A stretch of 63,905 nt of DNA, counting the filler, from Phoronis australis (lineage: Eukaryota > Animalia > Phoronida): NCBI GenBank assembly GCA_002633005.1. It is 7 parts of 7 records of this genome, joined end to end, with 100 filler letters (N's around TTAATTAATTAA, not from the genome) between each part and the next. Parts side by side here need not be neighbours in the genome. Positions count along the whole stretch, not along the records: positions 36,595 to 55,517 come from NMRA01001455.1; positions 55,618 to 58,495 come from NMRA01003350.1; positions 58,596 to 61,741 come from NMRA01003188.1; 4 more parts are not named here. The stretch is one strand, 5' to 3'. The translations under genes and the position numbers were made by a program. Of the stretch, positions 48,801-59,617 are shown piece by piece. Under the pieces are notes generated by a model. The model did not search any database, was not told where the DNA came from, and saw only the letters and a program-made list of their open reading frames with translations. Position 1 is the first letter of the stretch, and each line of letters opens with the position of its first letter.

Positions 48801-51800
48801 AAAGCCGTATGTGAACTGATGCAAGGCGTACGTGAACTGATTCAAGGCATATGTGAACTGATGCATGCCGTGCACGAACTGATGCAAACTGTATGCAATA
48901 AGTTAAATAAGTTAGATTAGAATGACCAACATGTTTTACCAATATTCTGGCAGCCTAGCTTCCTGCCAATTGATATAATTAGGTATGTGAAGCCGTACGT
49001 GAACTGATGCAGGCCGTATGCGAATTGGTGCAAACCGTAAGGGAACTGATGCAAGGCGTACATGAACTGATGCATGCCATAAGTCATCCAAGTGCTGTTT
49101 GTAAAATGCCTTGAATTGTTTGAGAGATTTCTTTTCAAAGTAAATGTGTCGGTAACGAGATGTGTAGCCACGATAATTATAAAATTCTTTCCAGTCTTTT
49201 GCAAGCGTGAAATTATGCGTACTTATCTGTTATTGCACAATCATGCACTAGATGTACTCTTCAGGTAAACTGACGACAGAACAGATCAAAGCTGGCTATT
49301 CTGCACTGAAGAAGATTGATGGTTACATCTCCAAGAAAAAGTATGGGCGGGAATTGACGGAGGCATGCAATGAATTCTACACACGAATACCGCACGATTT
49401 TGGGTAAGGGCCTGACTGGAATCTCTAATTGTTTTGTTAATATCTCTGACCAGTCCTCGGTCAGTTCTGGTTTAGGCACAGTGGTGCAAGTGTGTGGATA
49501 CATGTCAAACGGCAAACAGCTGTAGTGTTTCAGTAATAAATTAAAATTATTGATTGTTTAATTATTGCTATATTTAATAACAACTGTAGTAGTATTACAG
49601 TAAGTCTTTAAGTTAATTCAAACAAAACGGATTACCTTATTTGTTATTTCTATATTTTCAACCGTCTACAGCCGTAAAACAACTCATCAAAAATTCCTCA
49701 AGTGTTTTTTCATGGTCACTGCAAACCCTGCTAACATTGAAGTAGGTGCTTTGTTGAAAAATTTGACAAAATAAAATCCTACTTTGCTGTATTGTGCCCT
49801 AAGTAAATGGATAATCACCGAAACAGTGACAAATGATGAACAGTTGTGTGTGGCAGGGGCAGATCCAGGATTTTTTAAAAGGAGGGGTCGGATCAAGGAT
49901 TTTTTAAAAAGAGGTGTCCAAGTCAGCAGTTTGAAAATTCTAGATATGAAACCACTTAAATCAAGGAAAAAAGGGAGGGTCCGGACACCCTTGACCCCCT
50001 GGGTCCGCCTATATGTAACTAGGGTAGTAGTAACTGTACGTTGTTTTTAAGACTTTTTCAAAGAAATATTTGATGAGGTTACCGTCATCTCTGATTTCCA
50101 CTAGAGCCCTCAACCCATTCACACCACATTCACACCACATTCACTTTCTTTCACAAACTCAAGTTAAAGATACTCTTTCCGATTTGTTGCAGCTACAAAA
50201 TTTCACAAAATCAATTTGGCCTCAAACCAACCTCGGTTAAACGATTCTTTTTCAACACCTAATTTTAAAAACGGTTTCAAGAATTGAATTTTCAAAATAT
50301 TTTTGGTGCTGCACGAACAAAATGGCCACCACAGTTGAATGGCACCTCACTATTGATAAATTGCTGTGAAAAGATGAAATATATGCAGGACTGTAAATGA
50401 CAAAAAATGTTCCTTTTTAACCATGTCTCTCAATTGATGACACTTTGTGTTCTTTAGTGATGAAAATAAAGGAAAGAGAGTTAGTTTTTAGGGCTGGTCA
50501 CAAGGAGTCCAGAAACAATGCAACACTTGTAGTCTACCAGTGAACGCTGCCACTCTGCAGTTGAAACAATGCAACACTCGTAGTCTACCAGTGAACACTA
50601 CGACTCTGCAGTTGAAACAATGCAACACTCATAGTCTACCAGTGAACGCTGCCACTCTGCAGTTGAAACAATGCAACACTCATAGTCTACCAGTGAACGC
50701 TGCCACTCTGCAGTTGAAACAATGCAACACTCGTAGTCTACCAGTGAACACTACGACTCTGCAGTTGAAACAATGCAACACTCGTAATCTACTAGTGAAC
50801 GCTATGACTCCGCAGTTGAAACAACTTAGCTGGACTTTGATCTTCAGCCTCATGCCTTGTTTGTTACTTTTTGTCCACAGCATGCAGAGACCTCCTGTGA
50901 TCAATTCCAAAGAAGTTGTACGAGCCAAGATACAGTTACTGGAGGTAAACGTGCTTGTACCTCTTTCAACCACACTGATATTATTAGAGACTGTTATCAC
51001 TGCAGGATGTTTCCAAGAATGTGGACCTGTCATGAAATTGTAATATTTCTGATTAAGTCGTCTTGAAACACTCTAGATATTCCCCACATGTGAATGAGTG
51101 AGAGTCACTTATCAGAATGTGGTATTTTTTATGAATGCTTTAACTAATGGCTGTTGGTCTATGATTGTCTTCGGAGGTGAAAAGGAGAGCAGGGGGAAGG
51201 GTTAATTTAGCTTGGTACAGTAGTGCGGTATATTTGCACCCAGCTACTGCCAAATGCTAACTTGATTTTCCCCTATTACTGTGATTTATAGGCCTGGGTT
51301 GGTCTCTAGTTGTTCTTTACTCAAATTAGAAGTGAATTCGGAACCTGAGATGAAATGATAATTCGTTATTGCTTGAGATTGGACGCTGTTATTTGGCTTC
51401 ATAGGACTCGTTCTTTTATGTGCTGGAAGCACTGTGGTTGGCCAGACAAGTTAGTTACAGTATTGAACACTAGATGGACTACTGGTTAGTTGCTTTCTGT
51501 GACCAGCTAGGTCAAACCGACTCATTTCGAGCTAAATACTGAATAAATTGTCAGTGCTCGCTAAGCCCAGCTATGACTGGTGCCTAAGGTCAAAATTACT
51601 TGTTTTAACAGCCAGGTATGTAGCAGTTCAAGGGAGGCCCGTGCTCTATTCTGCAGCATTGAATGTGAGCGTATTCGCCATGGTTACGCTCTGTAATGCA
51701 AGGCACCCATGAAGTCCCGGCGGCATGTCCTTGTCCACATTTTTATGCTTTCAGGCTCTGGGTGACATCCAGGTGGCCATCAAGATGTTGAAAGAAGGTA

Positions 51801-52694
51801 ATGTGGATGATAACCCAATAGACCGTCATTACAAGGCTCTGCACTGTTCTCTCAAACCACTCGACAAAACCCATGCTGACTTCAAGGTGAGAGTACTGCT
51901 GTTCTTGTCGTCATGAAATGCATTTTTATGAAATTTGCATTTATCTTGTGATTGTTATCAAGAGGGCTCAATGGAACAGGGATAAACCAACATGCATGCG
52001 TCACAAACACTCATCGATAATACTACATTTACTATAATTCTTGTTTGGTGCTTATATGCCTACGAGTCAGTTGCAGCTTCAGTTGACACTACAATTAAAA
52101 ACTTCGCCTCTGGGTTGCTTTCAACACTGCAACTAGTTAGGCTAGTGTGGTGCATAGCAGCATGGTATCTGTTGAACTAGGAGCAGTTCATTTACATTTG
52201 AAGTTAAACATGAAACATGCATGGCAAGAAATCTTGGCCAGTGGAGTAAGAATATTTTATGTTCTGTTTTCTGGGACAATTCACCGTCACTTTCAGGAGT
52301 GTTCATTTTGTGTGCGCTAGTGAGTTCACGAGGTTACTTGTGAAGCCCCTAGGAGATCAGTATTGCATCATCTTGTATGGTCATAGTGAAGACACTAATA
52401 TTACCCCACACACCCTTACTTTTGTATATGATTTGAATGGTAAGGCACGCGCCTCCATATACAGTCAGCTCATGCTTAAACTGTTGTAGAAGATTGAAAT
52501 GCCCAGCTGGCTTGCGTAATGTGTCACTTTGTGGCATATCTGTGCTCAGCTGACTTGTCTGTGTTTCAGATGGTAGAGGACTACTTGCAAAACACGCACG
52601 CGTCCACTCACAACCAGTACAAGATGGAACTTGTGGACGTGTTTGGGTGTGACAGAGAGGGTGAGGCCGCCGCCTTCAACAAACTGGACAACAG
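36663..52694 (+). CDS. PARP2: Poly(ADP-ribose) polymerase 2-like gene (WWE-WWE-WGR-regulatory domain-start of catalytic domain), partial
   Basis: Eleven GT-AG exons; phases are consistent from 41659 to 52694. KGKAPVDPEC..KVGKAHVY.EGND.YD.MLNQTNLQ.NNNKYY..QLLEDD, WGRVG, FYTRIPHDFG and YLQ.THA.TH match vertebrate PARP2 as recalled. The 5' end and most of the catalytic domain are not in this piece. Confidence 0.92.
37362..37910. repeat. 30-bp minisatellite, ~16 copies
   Basis: Unit CTGGTCATGTTGTCTCCAGCATGCTCAACA; interrupted at 37524-37580 by an n and a MITE end. Confidence 0.95.
38370..39606 (-). pseudogene. THAP-domain ORF with HCF-1-binding-like DHSY motif, split by a 741-bp insertion
   Basis: MSAKKTYGGYTCCVPGC...FYVFPANQELREKWINNIRR...FKPTRSH, insertion, then RVCSEHFPGGKKTYENNIPT; after a frameshift ...TDHSYAV. 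Antisense within a PARP2 intron. Confidence 0.8.
38673..39413. mobile_element. Non-autonomous DNA transposon with 8-bp TSD (hAT- or P-like)
   Basis: Flanked by GATGGCCC (38665-38672) and GATGGCTC (39414-39421); imperfect TIRs TAGGCAATTACATCGC vs TAGGCAACACGTAGC. Confidence 0.6.
39939..40542. repeat. Three tandem ~202-bp units
   Basis: GTCAAGATGACC recurs at 39939, 40141 and 40342 with high identity throughout. Confidence 0.95.
41659..41868 (+). CDS. PARP2: PARP2-like exon: WWE-like domain 2
   Basis: tttag|DFVTWQWQDDKSRWSAYDVTNSVVLEK...TVDV...Q...NGVKRKVNRKIS|gtaagc; phase 1-1. Confidence 0.85.
43046..43156 (+). CDS. PARP2: PARP2-like exon: Lys/Ser/Pro-rich linker
   Basis: ttcag|DALAMPKIEPAVQSASSTKKKSKSQAKEEPQPSSPPK|gtaagt; phase 1-1. 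Confidence 0.8.
43631..44033. mobile_element. Fold-back element / MITE with ~170-200-bp inverted arms
   Basis: Arms include perfect 22-bp complements CTTTAGTCAGAATCCTGTCTCA (43764-43785) / TGAGACAGGATTCTGACTAAAG (43908-43929) and ACCTCTGGTGGATTCGGTTGGA / TCCAACCGAATCCACCAGAGGT. Confidence 0.85.
44209..44324 (+). CDS. PARP2: PARP2-like exon: WGR domain start
   Basis: RTLILKGKAPVDPECLEKVGKAHVYYEGNDIYDAMLNQ with AG/GT ends. Confidence 0.95.
44685..44857 (+). CDS. PARP2: PARP2-like exon: WGR domain
   Basis: TNLQNNNNKYYLMQLLEDDGVKSYSVWFRWGRVGKSGQ...AKEIFMK. Confidence 0.95.
44968..46540 (+). mobile_element. Complete Helentron-associated non-autonomous element (HINE / DINE-1-like)
   Basis: Poly-T flank; 5' subTIR ATGCGCCCACA (44973-44983) with adjacent inverted copy; GTCC microsatellite; internal ~150-bp tandem monomers; 3' subTIR TGTGGGCGCAT (46505-46515); terminal hairpin CAACGC-TCT-GCGTTG; ends in TT; no TSD. 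Confidence 0.88.
46754..46934 (+). CDS. PARP2: PARP2-like exon: WGR end and start of regulatory domain
   Basis: FSDKTKNDWSERRKFKKVAGKYDLLKMDY...PESKLDKRVQ. Confidence 0.95.
47989..48073 (+). CDS. PARP2: PARP2-like exon: regulatory (helical) domain
   Basis: DFVQLICDVKAMEEAVLEMKYDAKKAPLG. Confidence 0.95.
48560..49080. repeat. 21-bp minisatellite arrays within a ~260-bp duplication
   Basis: Unit ~GTGAACTGATGCAAGGCGTAC; block TTAGATTAGAATGACCAA...GGTATGTGAAG present twice (~48650 and ~48912). Confidence 0.85.
49265..49403 (+). CDS. PARP2: PARP2-like exon: regulatory domain
   Basis: KLTTEQIKAGYSALKKID...ACNEFYTRIPHDFG. Confidence 0.95.
50512..50825. repeat. 51-bp minisatellite, ~6 copies
   Basis: Unit GAAACAATGCAACACTCGTAGTCTACCAGTGAACGCTGCCACTCTGCAGTT. 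Confidence 0.95.
50881..50944 (+). CDS. PARP2: PARP2-like exon: regulatory domain
   Basis: MQRPPVINSKEVVRAKIQLLE; phase 2-0. Confidence 0.92.
51755..51886 (+). CDS. PARP2: PARP2-like exon: regulatory/catalytic junction
   Basis: ALGDIQVAIKMLKEGNVDDNPIDRHYKALHCSLKPLDKTHADFK. Confidence 0.95.
52570..52694 (+). CDS. PARP2: PARP2-like exon: catalytic domain start
   Basis: MVEDYLQNTHASTHNQYKMELVDVFGCDREGEAAAFNKLDN(R); the next exon should carry LLWHGS. Confidence 0.95.
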
Positions 52695-52824
52695 GTTAGA
52701 CACACAAGTGTAATTAAGCTTGTGTTTGTGTCTTTTGTAGTTTGTGCGTACAGTCACTGCTCTTGTGTTTGTGTCTTTTGTAGTTTGTCCGTACTGTCAC
52801 TGCTCATGTGTTTGTCATCAAGTA

Positions 52825-53170
52825 GGAGGAAGTGTAGCTCAGTGTCCGCTGCCCTTACTCAAGGTCATGGGATCGAGTCTCACTATAGGGCACACTGCTA
52901 GACCCTTAAGTCTAGTCTCACTAGGACACACTGCTAGACCCTTGAGTCTAGTCTCACTAGGGCACACTGCTAGACCCTTGAGTCCAGTCTCACTAGGGCA
53001 CACTGCTAGACCCTTGAGTCTAGTCTCACTAGAACACACTGCTAGATCCTTGAATCTAGTCTCACTAGGACACACTGCTAGACCCTTGAATCTAGTCTCA
53101 ATAGGACACACTGCTAGACCCTTGAGTCAGGTCTCTAGCTTCTGCTTAAGCATAAAAATGGTTAATAGGA
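52825..53170 (+). mobile_element. tRNA-derived SINE-like element with an internal 36-bp unit amplified ~7 times
   Basis: A-box-like TAGCTCAGTG and B-box-like GGATCGAGTCT, then tandem GGGCACACTGCTAGACCCTTGAGTCTAGTCTCACTA units (52877-53128). Confidence 0.6.
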
Positions 53171-53699
53171 AGCTAACGACAAAAATGATGACATGTAGCT
53201 CAGTACAGCTGGGAGAACATAGGTGCTTTCAACCTTCAGTTGAGGTAGTTATTAGTGGAGTTCATTTCATTGGATGTCTCTCTACTTGTCACTTTTATTG
53301 TGCACTTTTATGTAAAGTTGATTGTTGCTGTGAATTGATGTAGAGCATGACTCATAGCTGATAATTTATGCTATTAAATCTAAACGTTGAAACATTCTCA
53401 TTTGCATCGTTAGCTTCCTATTATACATCTGACCAAAAAGCATCGTCATAAAAATGGTGATCAGTGCAATGAGCTCAACCGAGCGGCCTGCGCTCAATTG
53501 GAATTATTTAATGTTGTTTGTCATCGTTTTGGGCCAGAAGGTAAAAGGGAACAAAAAGTCATGGTTTTGAGAGTGAGGAGTTTTAAAGTAAAGGTGCGGA
53601 ATTTTTATTTTGATCATTTTGATTGGTTTTGAATTGTTTGGAATTGAAACTAGACAGGATCCGTGAGTTTTCGTAAAGTTTGGATTTTTTTCAATTCAC

Positions 53700-54855
53700 C
53701 CGTCTTTTTTAATTCGCAACTTTGACAGAAGTAGGCAGATGTTCTTATTGGGAAGAGTATGACTGACGTTAATTTTAAGACAACTCGGCCTAATGAGACA
53801 CTGTCTACTGTCTTTTTTTCTCTTCATAGTTCCTTGATGAATTTTCATGAAATTTCTTGTATGTGTTCCTCTTAAGAAGAGCACAGATTGGAGCTGAGTA
53901 CTGTGGCATGACCTAGTGACACAGTACACAGATTGGAGCTGAGTACTGTGGCATGACCTAGTGACACAGTACACAGATTGGAGCTGAGTACTGTGGCATG
54001 ACCTAGTGACACAGTACACAGATTGGAGCTGAGTACTGTGGCATGACCTAGTGACAGTTTCAATATCTACTAAGTCCCTTGATAACACCTGCCCAGTTTT
54101 AGGTGGATTCAACTTATTGTGCGGCCATTTTTGTTATTTTCTTGTCTCACCTTCTTACTTGACGTATCACTTGACGAATCATTATGAATGCTGGCAGATG
54201 TGTTCATACTTAGGAGAGTATGGCCGACAGCAATTTTCTGTCAGATTTATTATGGTGTCCCCAAGTTGCCATGTTGATTTTTTACATTGGCCTCGATATC
54301 TATAAAATTCTTTGATGGACCTTTTTGAAATTTGGGCCCAATGAGGCGACCACAGCTGTAGTTGACGTGCGGAGGGTTCCGACAACTGTTACTCACTGTA
54401 GTAGCATTTTTACTGTTTATGCCTGTTTCAATAGTTCCTCAATGAATGTACATATAGAGACTGTGTTGGTGGATGGTGAGTTAATTTTTAGATGACTCTA
54501 ACTACTGCAGTGCTCCTTTGTGACAATTTTTTTTTCGCGTCTGCCTCAATGTCAAAGGTTCTTCTTGGAACTTGGCATGTGAGCTTCTATTGAAGAAAAT
54601 ATGGCTGGTATTGATTTTTGGACTGATTTGACCACTGTAGTATTCCCTAGTGGCATATTGTCATTTCAGCTGCCTTGATAATTACCAAGTTGTTCATGAA
54701 ATTTGACCCACGTGGTCCTTATGAGAGGAGCACAGCTGATGATGATTTTGAGTGGATGTGCTCGCCCCGAAATTATTTGAAAGTTGATCACCCTATGTTT
54801 CTTTAGTGTATGCAATGCACACAGTGGGCAAATATTAGCGTCGCATTAATTTCAA
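53700..54855 (+). mobile_element. Very old HINE-related copy
   Basis: Degenerate monomer boxes TTTTCATGAAATTT, GTTCATGAAATTTGAC, TTCCCTAGTGGC and GAGCACAGCTGATGATGATTTT resembling the 44968 element; ends approximate. Confidence 0.5.
53881..54058. repeat. 45-bp minisatellite, 4 copies
   Basis: Unit ACACAGATTGGAGCTGAGTACTGTGGCATGACCTAGTGACACAGT. Confidence 0.95.
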
Positions 54856-55617
54856 AAAAGGTTAGTTTTTAGTAGTTTTAAAGCCCCACCCAGTGCCCAT
54901 TTTTGAAAATCATTGTCTTGGTTCTTAGTTTGAGGTGGAACTGCTTGTCCTGGTTCATTGTTACCAAGAGTTAGAATTCTTAATTACTCTTGATAACATC
55001 ATAAACTGAACAGAGGTCATTGATTGCCTCAGCACTAAGAAGGATTGTCACTAACTTAGATTTATTCCAGTTTAAACTTTGCAATTTTATACTGCATGAG
55101 GCGTTATGTATCAAGCATTGCTATGAAGTAATGATTGGGCGAAATATAGCTGTAAATGATACTTAGTACTCAAATCTAAATCTGCACTTAGAACTTATAG
55201 CGGCTATAAATCTGCATTCGCCGTCAAACGACTAACTTTGTGTAGATCACTTTGTGCAATAACTGGTAATGCTTGACACCGTGCTTGGCATACGGAATGA
55301 CGAGCCCGTGACAAGACAACTTATCGAGCTGAATCTTGAGCAATAATGAACTTATTTCTAATCCCAGGAATCATTTGTCTTTAATGCAACTAAATAACAA
55401 GTTCAGGTCAGCTTTATAGGAATTAGTGCCCTCAATCCAAATGTATTTTTATGGAATGCAGACTTTATCTCCCTCACGTCAAATAGTTGACCGGTGTCCA
55501 TTTGCAACTTACAGGAANNNNNNNNNNNNNNNNNNNNNNNNNNNNNNNNNNNNNNNNNNNNTTAATTAATTAANNNNNNNNNNNNNNNNNNNNNNNNNNN
55601 NNNNNNNNNNNNNNNNN

Positions 55618-56858
55618 ACATACTACATATATGCCCTCTACTGGCCACTTTATGGTACCAATAAACAACCCTAGAAGGATACCGTATGCGGTGTAATTGT
55701 GGGCGCATTTCAACGCTCTGCGTTGCTCTTGTAGTGTTTTCGAGTGTTTTGTGCGTCCACCCCTCTATCAACCAAACCGCTCAAAGGATGATTGTGAAAA
55801 TTGGCATGTTTGTGCTTACTATAAAGAGGACAGCTGACAATGATTTTCAGACGATTTGGACTACTGTGGCGCCTCCTAGTGGCAGTTTTGTTTTTTGCGC
55901 CTATGGCTGTATCTCCTAAACCGTTAATTAAATTTAATAAGTATATTTATATATGATGTTAACAACAGACGATGATGACTTGGACGGATCCGCCTACCAG
56001 TGTGCCTCTAGTGGTAATTTTATTTTTTTACGTTTACCACTGTATTTTCACAAGTCCTTAACGGATTTTCATGAAATTTGGTATGTAGGCACTTATTAGT
56101 GCGATGACGCTATCCTCCCGTTTTCGGATGGATTCGACCTAGTTTGCGACACCCAGTGGCCATTGTTACTGTTTTTGAGTCTGTTTTTTGGCGTCCACCC
56201 CTCTATCAACAAAACCGCTCTTAAGTATGATTGTGAAAATTGGCATGTATGGTCTTACTATGAAGAGCACAGTTGACGCTGAATTTCCCATGACTTTGAT
56301 TACTGTGGCGCCTCCTAGTCGCATTTTTTTGCGCCAATGGCTGTATCTCCCAAACCGTTTGCAGGATCTTTAATAAATTTAGCAAGTGTATTTATGTGAT
56401 GTTGACAACAAACGATGAGGACTTTAGGGTGATTCTAACTACCGGTATGCTTCTAGTGGCAATTTTAGTATTTTACATTGACCTCTGTATTTTCATAGGT
56501 CTTCAGGTGTATACTTTGTGTTACTTCGTGACTATGAAGGAAAAGTTCCAAGTAGAAATTTGTTTCTGGCATTCTAATGCTGTGCTAATCTCGTATGTTG
56601 GTAAATTTGTTTTTAATTCTATGTTTCTGTGGTGCTTTAAGCAACTGATGTATAGGATGTGCTTGTATTATGAAGATTACTCACATTTTGCCCCTAGCCT
56701 ATNGAGGAGACAAGTACCATGCCTTTCCATTTTGCAAAGTACAACATACTACATATATGCCCTCTACTGGCCACTTTATAGTACCAATAAACAACCCTAG
56801 AAGGATACCGTATGCGGTGCAATTGTGAGCGCATTTCAACGCTCTGCGTTGCTCTTGT
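55618..56858 (+). mobile_element. HINE copy with two 3' termini in tandem
   Basis: A 3' terminus ends at 55732, joins directly to internal monomer sequence, and a second 3' terminus ends at 56858. Confidence 0.85.
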
Positions 56859-57116
56859 GTACATTGTCTCACTAGCGCCACCTAGTGAATGCCATGCTCT
56901 CCATTCGATCACGTATCATTTTACATTTTTGTTCTACTTTCAATAAACCTACAAACAAATGAAGAGATGTTGAAGCAACTGAAATATAATATTTAAGTGT
57001 CAAAAGGTATGTCTTTTGTCTGGAACATACATCAATATTTCCCTGATGTTGTCAACTGACTCCTATTGTGGGATAGCAACTGTTTGATTGCTGCAATAGT
57101 CCTTTATCTTTTTCAG

Positions 57117-57222
57117 GTGCTTCCTGTTTCTAAGCTTTCTGTGAACCACCCATTCCTTGAAGCCACCGACTTTATAAGCCCAAAAGTGATAGCGCCAGAT
57201 CCTAAAGCCGCCATGTTGCATG
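57117..57222 (+). CDS. ORC4: Origin recognition complex subunit 4, exon
   Basis: ttcag|VLPVSKLSVNHPFLEATDFISPKVIAPDPKAAMLHG|gtaagt; phase 0-1; fits the HPF...D.KA..HG segment of ORC4. Confidence 0.85.
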
Positions 57223-57995
57223 GTAAGTTTGTACCTTTCATCTTAAGCGTTCTACATTGATGTACTTCAGATGTCTTAAAGCAGTCAGGACACTGGAGAA
57301 TTATCAATGCTTTATACTTGTGCGGCTTAACACTCTTCTTCTAATTTTCCCCCATTAAACAGCCATGCTTAGTTATTGGCCCAACCTTGGTTACTCAGAG
57401 CGTTTTTGAGACTTTACCATTTAGCGTCCCTGGTGCTAAACCAGAGGAATACCTTTGTCATGTCCATCGGCAAAACTGACTTTTAAACCGCATCAAAAGT
57501 TATTTCCCTATACAAAAGACAAGAAAGAGTGACCCAGGTTGTGCATTTCACCCAGGATCTGAACTCCTTTCAAAGGGATATGCCAATCACCAATTTCTTC
57601 ACTCAGCTCCGTGGCTTGTTATGTGATTCCGGTCACAGATTACTTTCTCTTCTCACAGTAGCTTTGAAATGTGGTGTTGGCAACTTTGGCAAATGTGCGT
57701 CAATTTTAACGGTCAAAACTCCATTATTGTTAGTGTAAGTTCGTTATTCTTTTTTCGTCAAAATAAGTTGAAAATATCCCAATAAATAAAATGGTTTCCG
57801 CGGTTACGTGTCAGTTCCTATTGCTGTTAGATCATCACTGTTACGCAATCACTTATGCACACCCACGTCAGTACATGGCTAATAGCCTTTCCCACTAAAG
57901 TTCAGAACGTGTACAAAATGGTCAATGTGCGTCTTCAGTATTCTGTGCGGTATTACCAGTGGTGTTAGTGTTTATCGTACATTTTACCTGTCCAG

Positions 57996-58091
57996 GTGTG
58001 TCAGTGCTGGAGTTGTGCCTCATCATTGCCATGAAGCATCTGAACGAGCTGTACGGTGGTGAACCCTTCAACTTTGAAATGGTCTACAGCG
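57996..58091 (+). CDS. ORC4: Origin recognition complex subunit 4, exon
   Basis: ccag|[32 protein letters not shown]|gtaaat matches ORC4 C-terminal [26 protein letters not shown]. Confidence 0.93.
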
Positions 58092-59617
58092 GTAAATGAT
58101 TGGATAAATATGACTGCTGGCCAGATAATTAATGCCTACAGTAGTTTTCAAAAAGTTAATGAATGTCCACCTTTTTTAGCAAATAATGCACTCGGGTAAT
58201 GCATTGTCTTAAAAGTTGCTTCATGAGTTTCAACAAGTCTTTCATGAAATTTCACCAGTTTCGTCATTTTTTTAAAACTGCAGCATAACGTGTTGGTTAA
58301 GTTGTTAATTAAAGGGATCGAGGAAAAAAATGCTAAAATATCGTACTCTAAGGGTGTCCTTGATCATGAAATTCACCATGAAAAACATGCTGTTGTTATT
58401 GCATTTCTGTGTAAAGAGGCCAGTTAACGCTACACTCAAAAGTACACTACTAGTACATTTGTAGTGTACTGTTTCACCGCCAAGTACTGTCTTAGNNNNN
58501 NNNNNNNNNNNNNNNNNNNNNNNNNNNNNNNNNNNNNNNTTAATTAATTAANNNNNNNNNNNNNNNNNNNNNNNNNNNNNNNNNNNNNNNNNNNNACTGC
58601 CGACGACTGGATTAATGAGTTAGCAATACTGTAAATTAATTCCTGCTGATGAGAACTGCTTCAGCTTATGCATGAAAACTGGGTTAGTCGGCCATGTTGG
58701 ACAGGACAGAAACTCTGAAGAGACAACATGAGTTAGGGACACTGTATACAGAGTTATAAGGTCAACTTACGAATTTAAATTGTTGAACACATCCATCTTT
58801 TAAGAAATGAGGCATTCTCGCTAAATCTGAATACTTAAGCGCTAACTTACCAAGACAACTGCCATATCAAATCCAGTAAATGCCTTTTAAATAATACTGC
58901 AGAAATCTAATTCATAAAAACAATTTTTAGCAATACCGGAAGTATTCGCATTTTTAGGTCCAGTCAGGACGCCACCTGTTGGCCACATCACGTGACCTAG
59001 TGAACATAAGTCTGAAAAAAGTTAGCGACATACATTTCCACGGCGGTTTAAGAATTACATTTTTATGTACTTGAAGTATTCACAAAATGAAACGGAAATC
59101 ATAATGGTTGGTAGAGTCCGTGCTCATTGTTCCTTCTGAAGTATTACGCTGAACAACCAAAATATGAGAGGGGCTTCAAAGGTAAATACACATGTACTTT
59201 AGAAGATGCGTGTACCATACTAATCAAAGTGAATCACAATAGGTACTGGACGTTCCTGGGAAAATGAAGCAGGAACTTATGGCTTAGTGCATTTTGAGTT
59301 AACAGTTCCACACCACTGCTTAACACAAATTGCGCCCAAAAATACAACTGAAGGAGAAAATAAAAATATGTTAAATATGAATGGAATAACTGCAAACTTT
59401 GTAATCCAGAAATTGGCACCAGAGCTAAGTACCAGATATATTTAAACAGGGCGACTTTTATTCAAAGGGCTCACTTTGCGCAGAACTTTTTTTCTAAAAC
59501 AATTAGAATTCAGAATTTCATACGAAATTTGAGTCACTCAGTATAAGATATAGTATCAAGAAAACATTTACGTCTGATTTTGAGGTACTATTTCTCCAAC
59601 AAAACTACATGTACATT

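Noticed and set aside
50540-54112. Repeat-protein ORFs at 50540, 52744 and 53696
   Set aside because: Open only because the 51-, 36- and 45-bp units are multiples of 3; they lie in introns. Only 50881-50944 within them is a real exon.
36595-55517. Many intronic repeat periods are multiples of 3 (21, 30, 36, 39, 45, 51)
   Set aside because: The 43-bp duplication near 52719 and the ~202-bp units break the rule, and the ORF track biases detection.
36663-58091. PARP2 next to ORC4 as a DNA repair/replication cluster
   Set aside because: Separated by a synthetic linker at 55518-55617.
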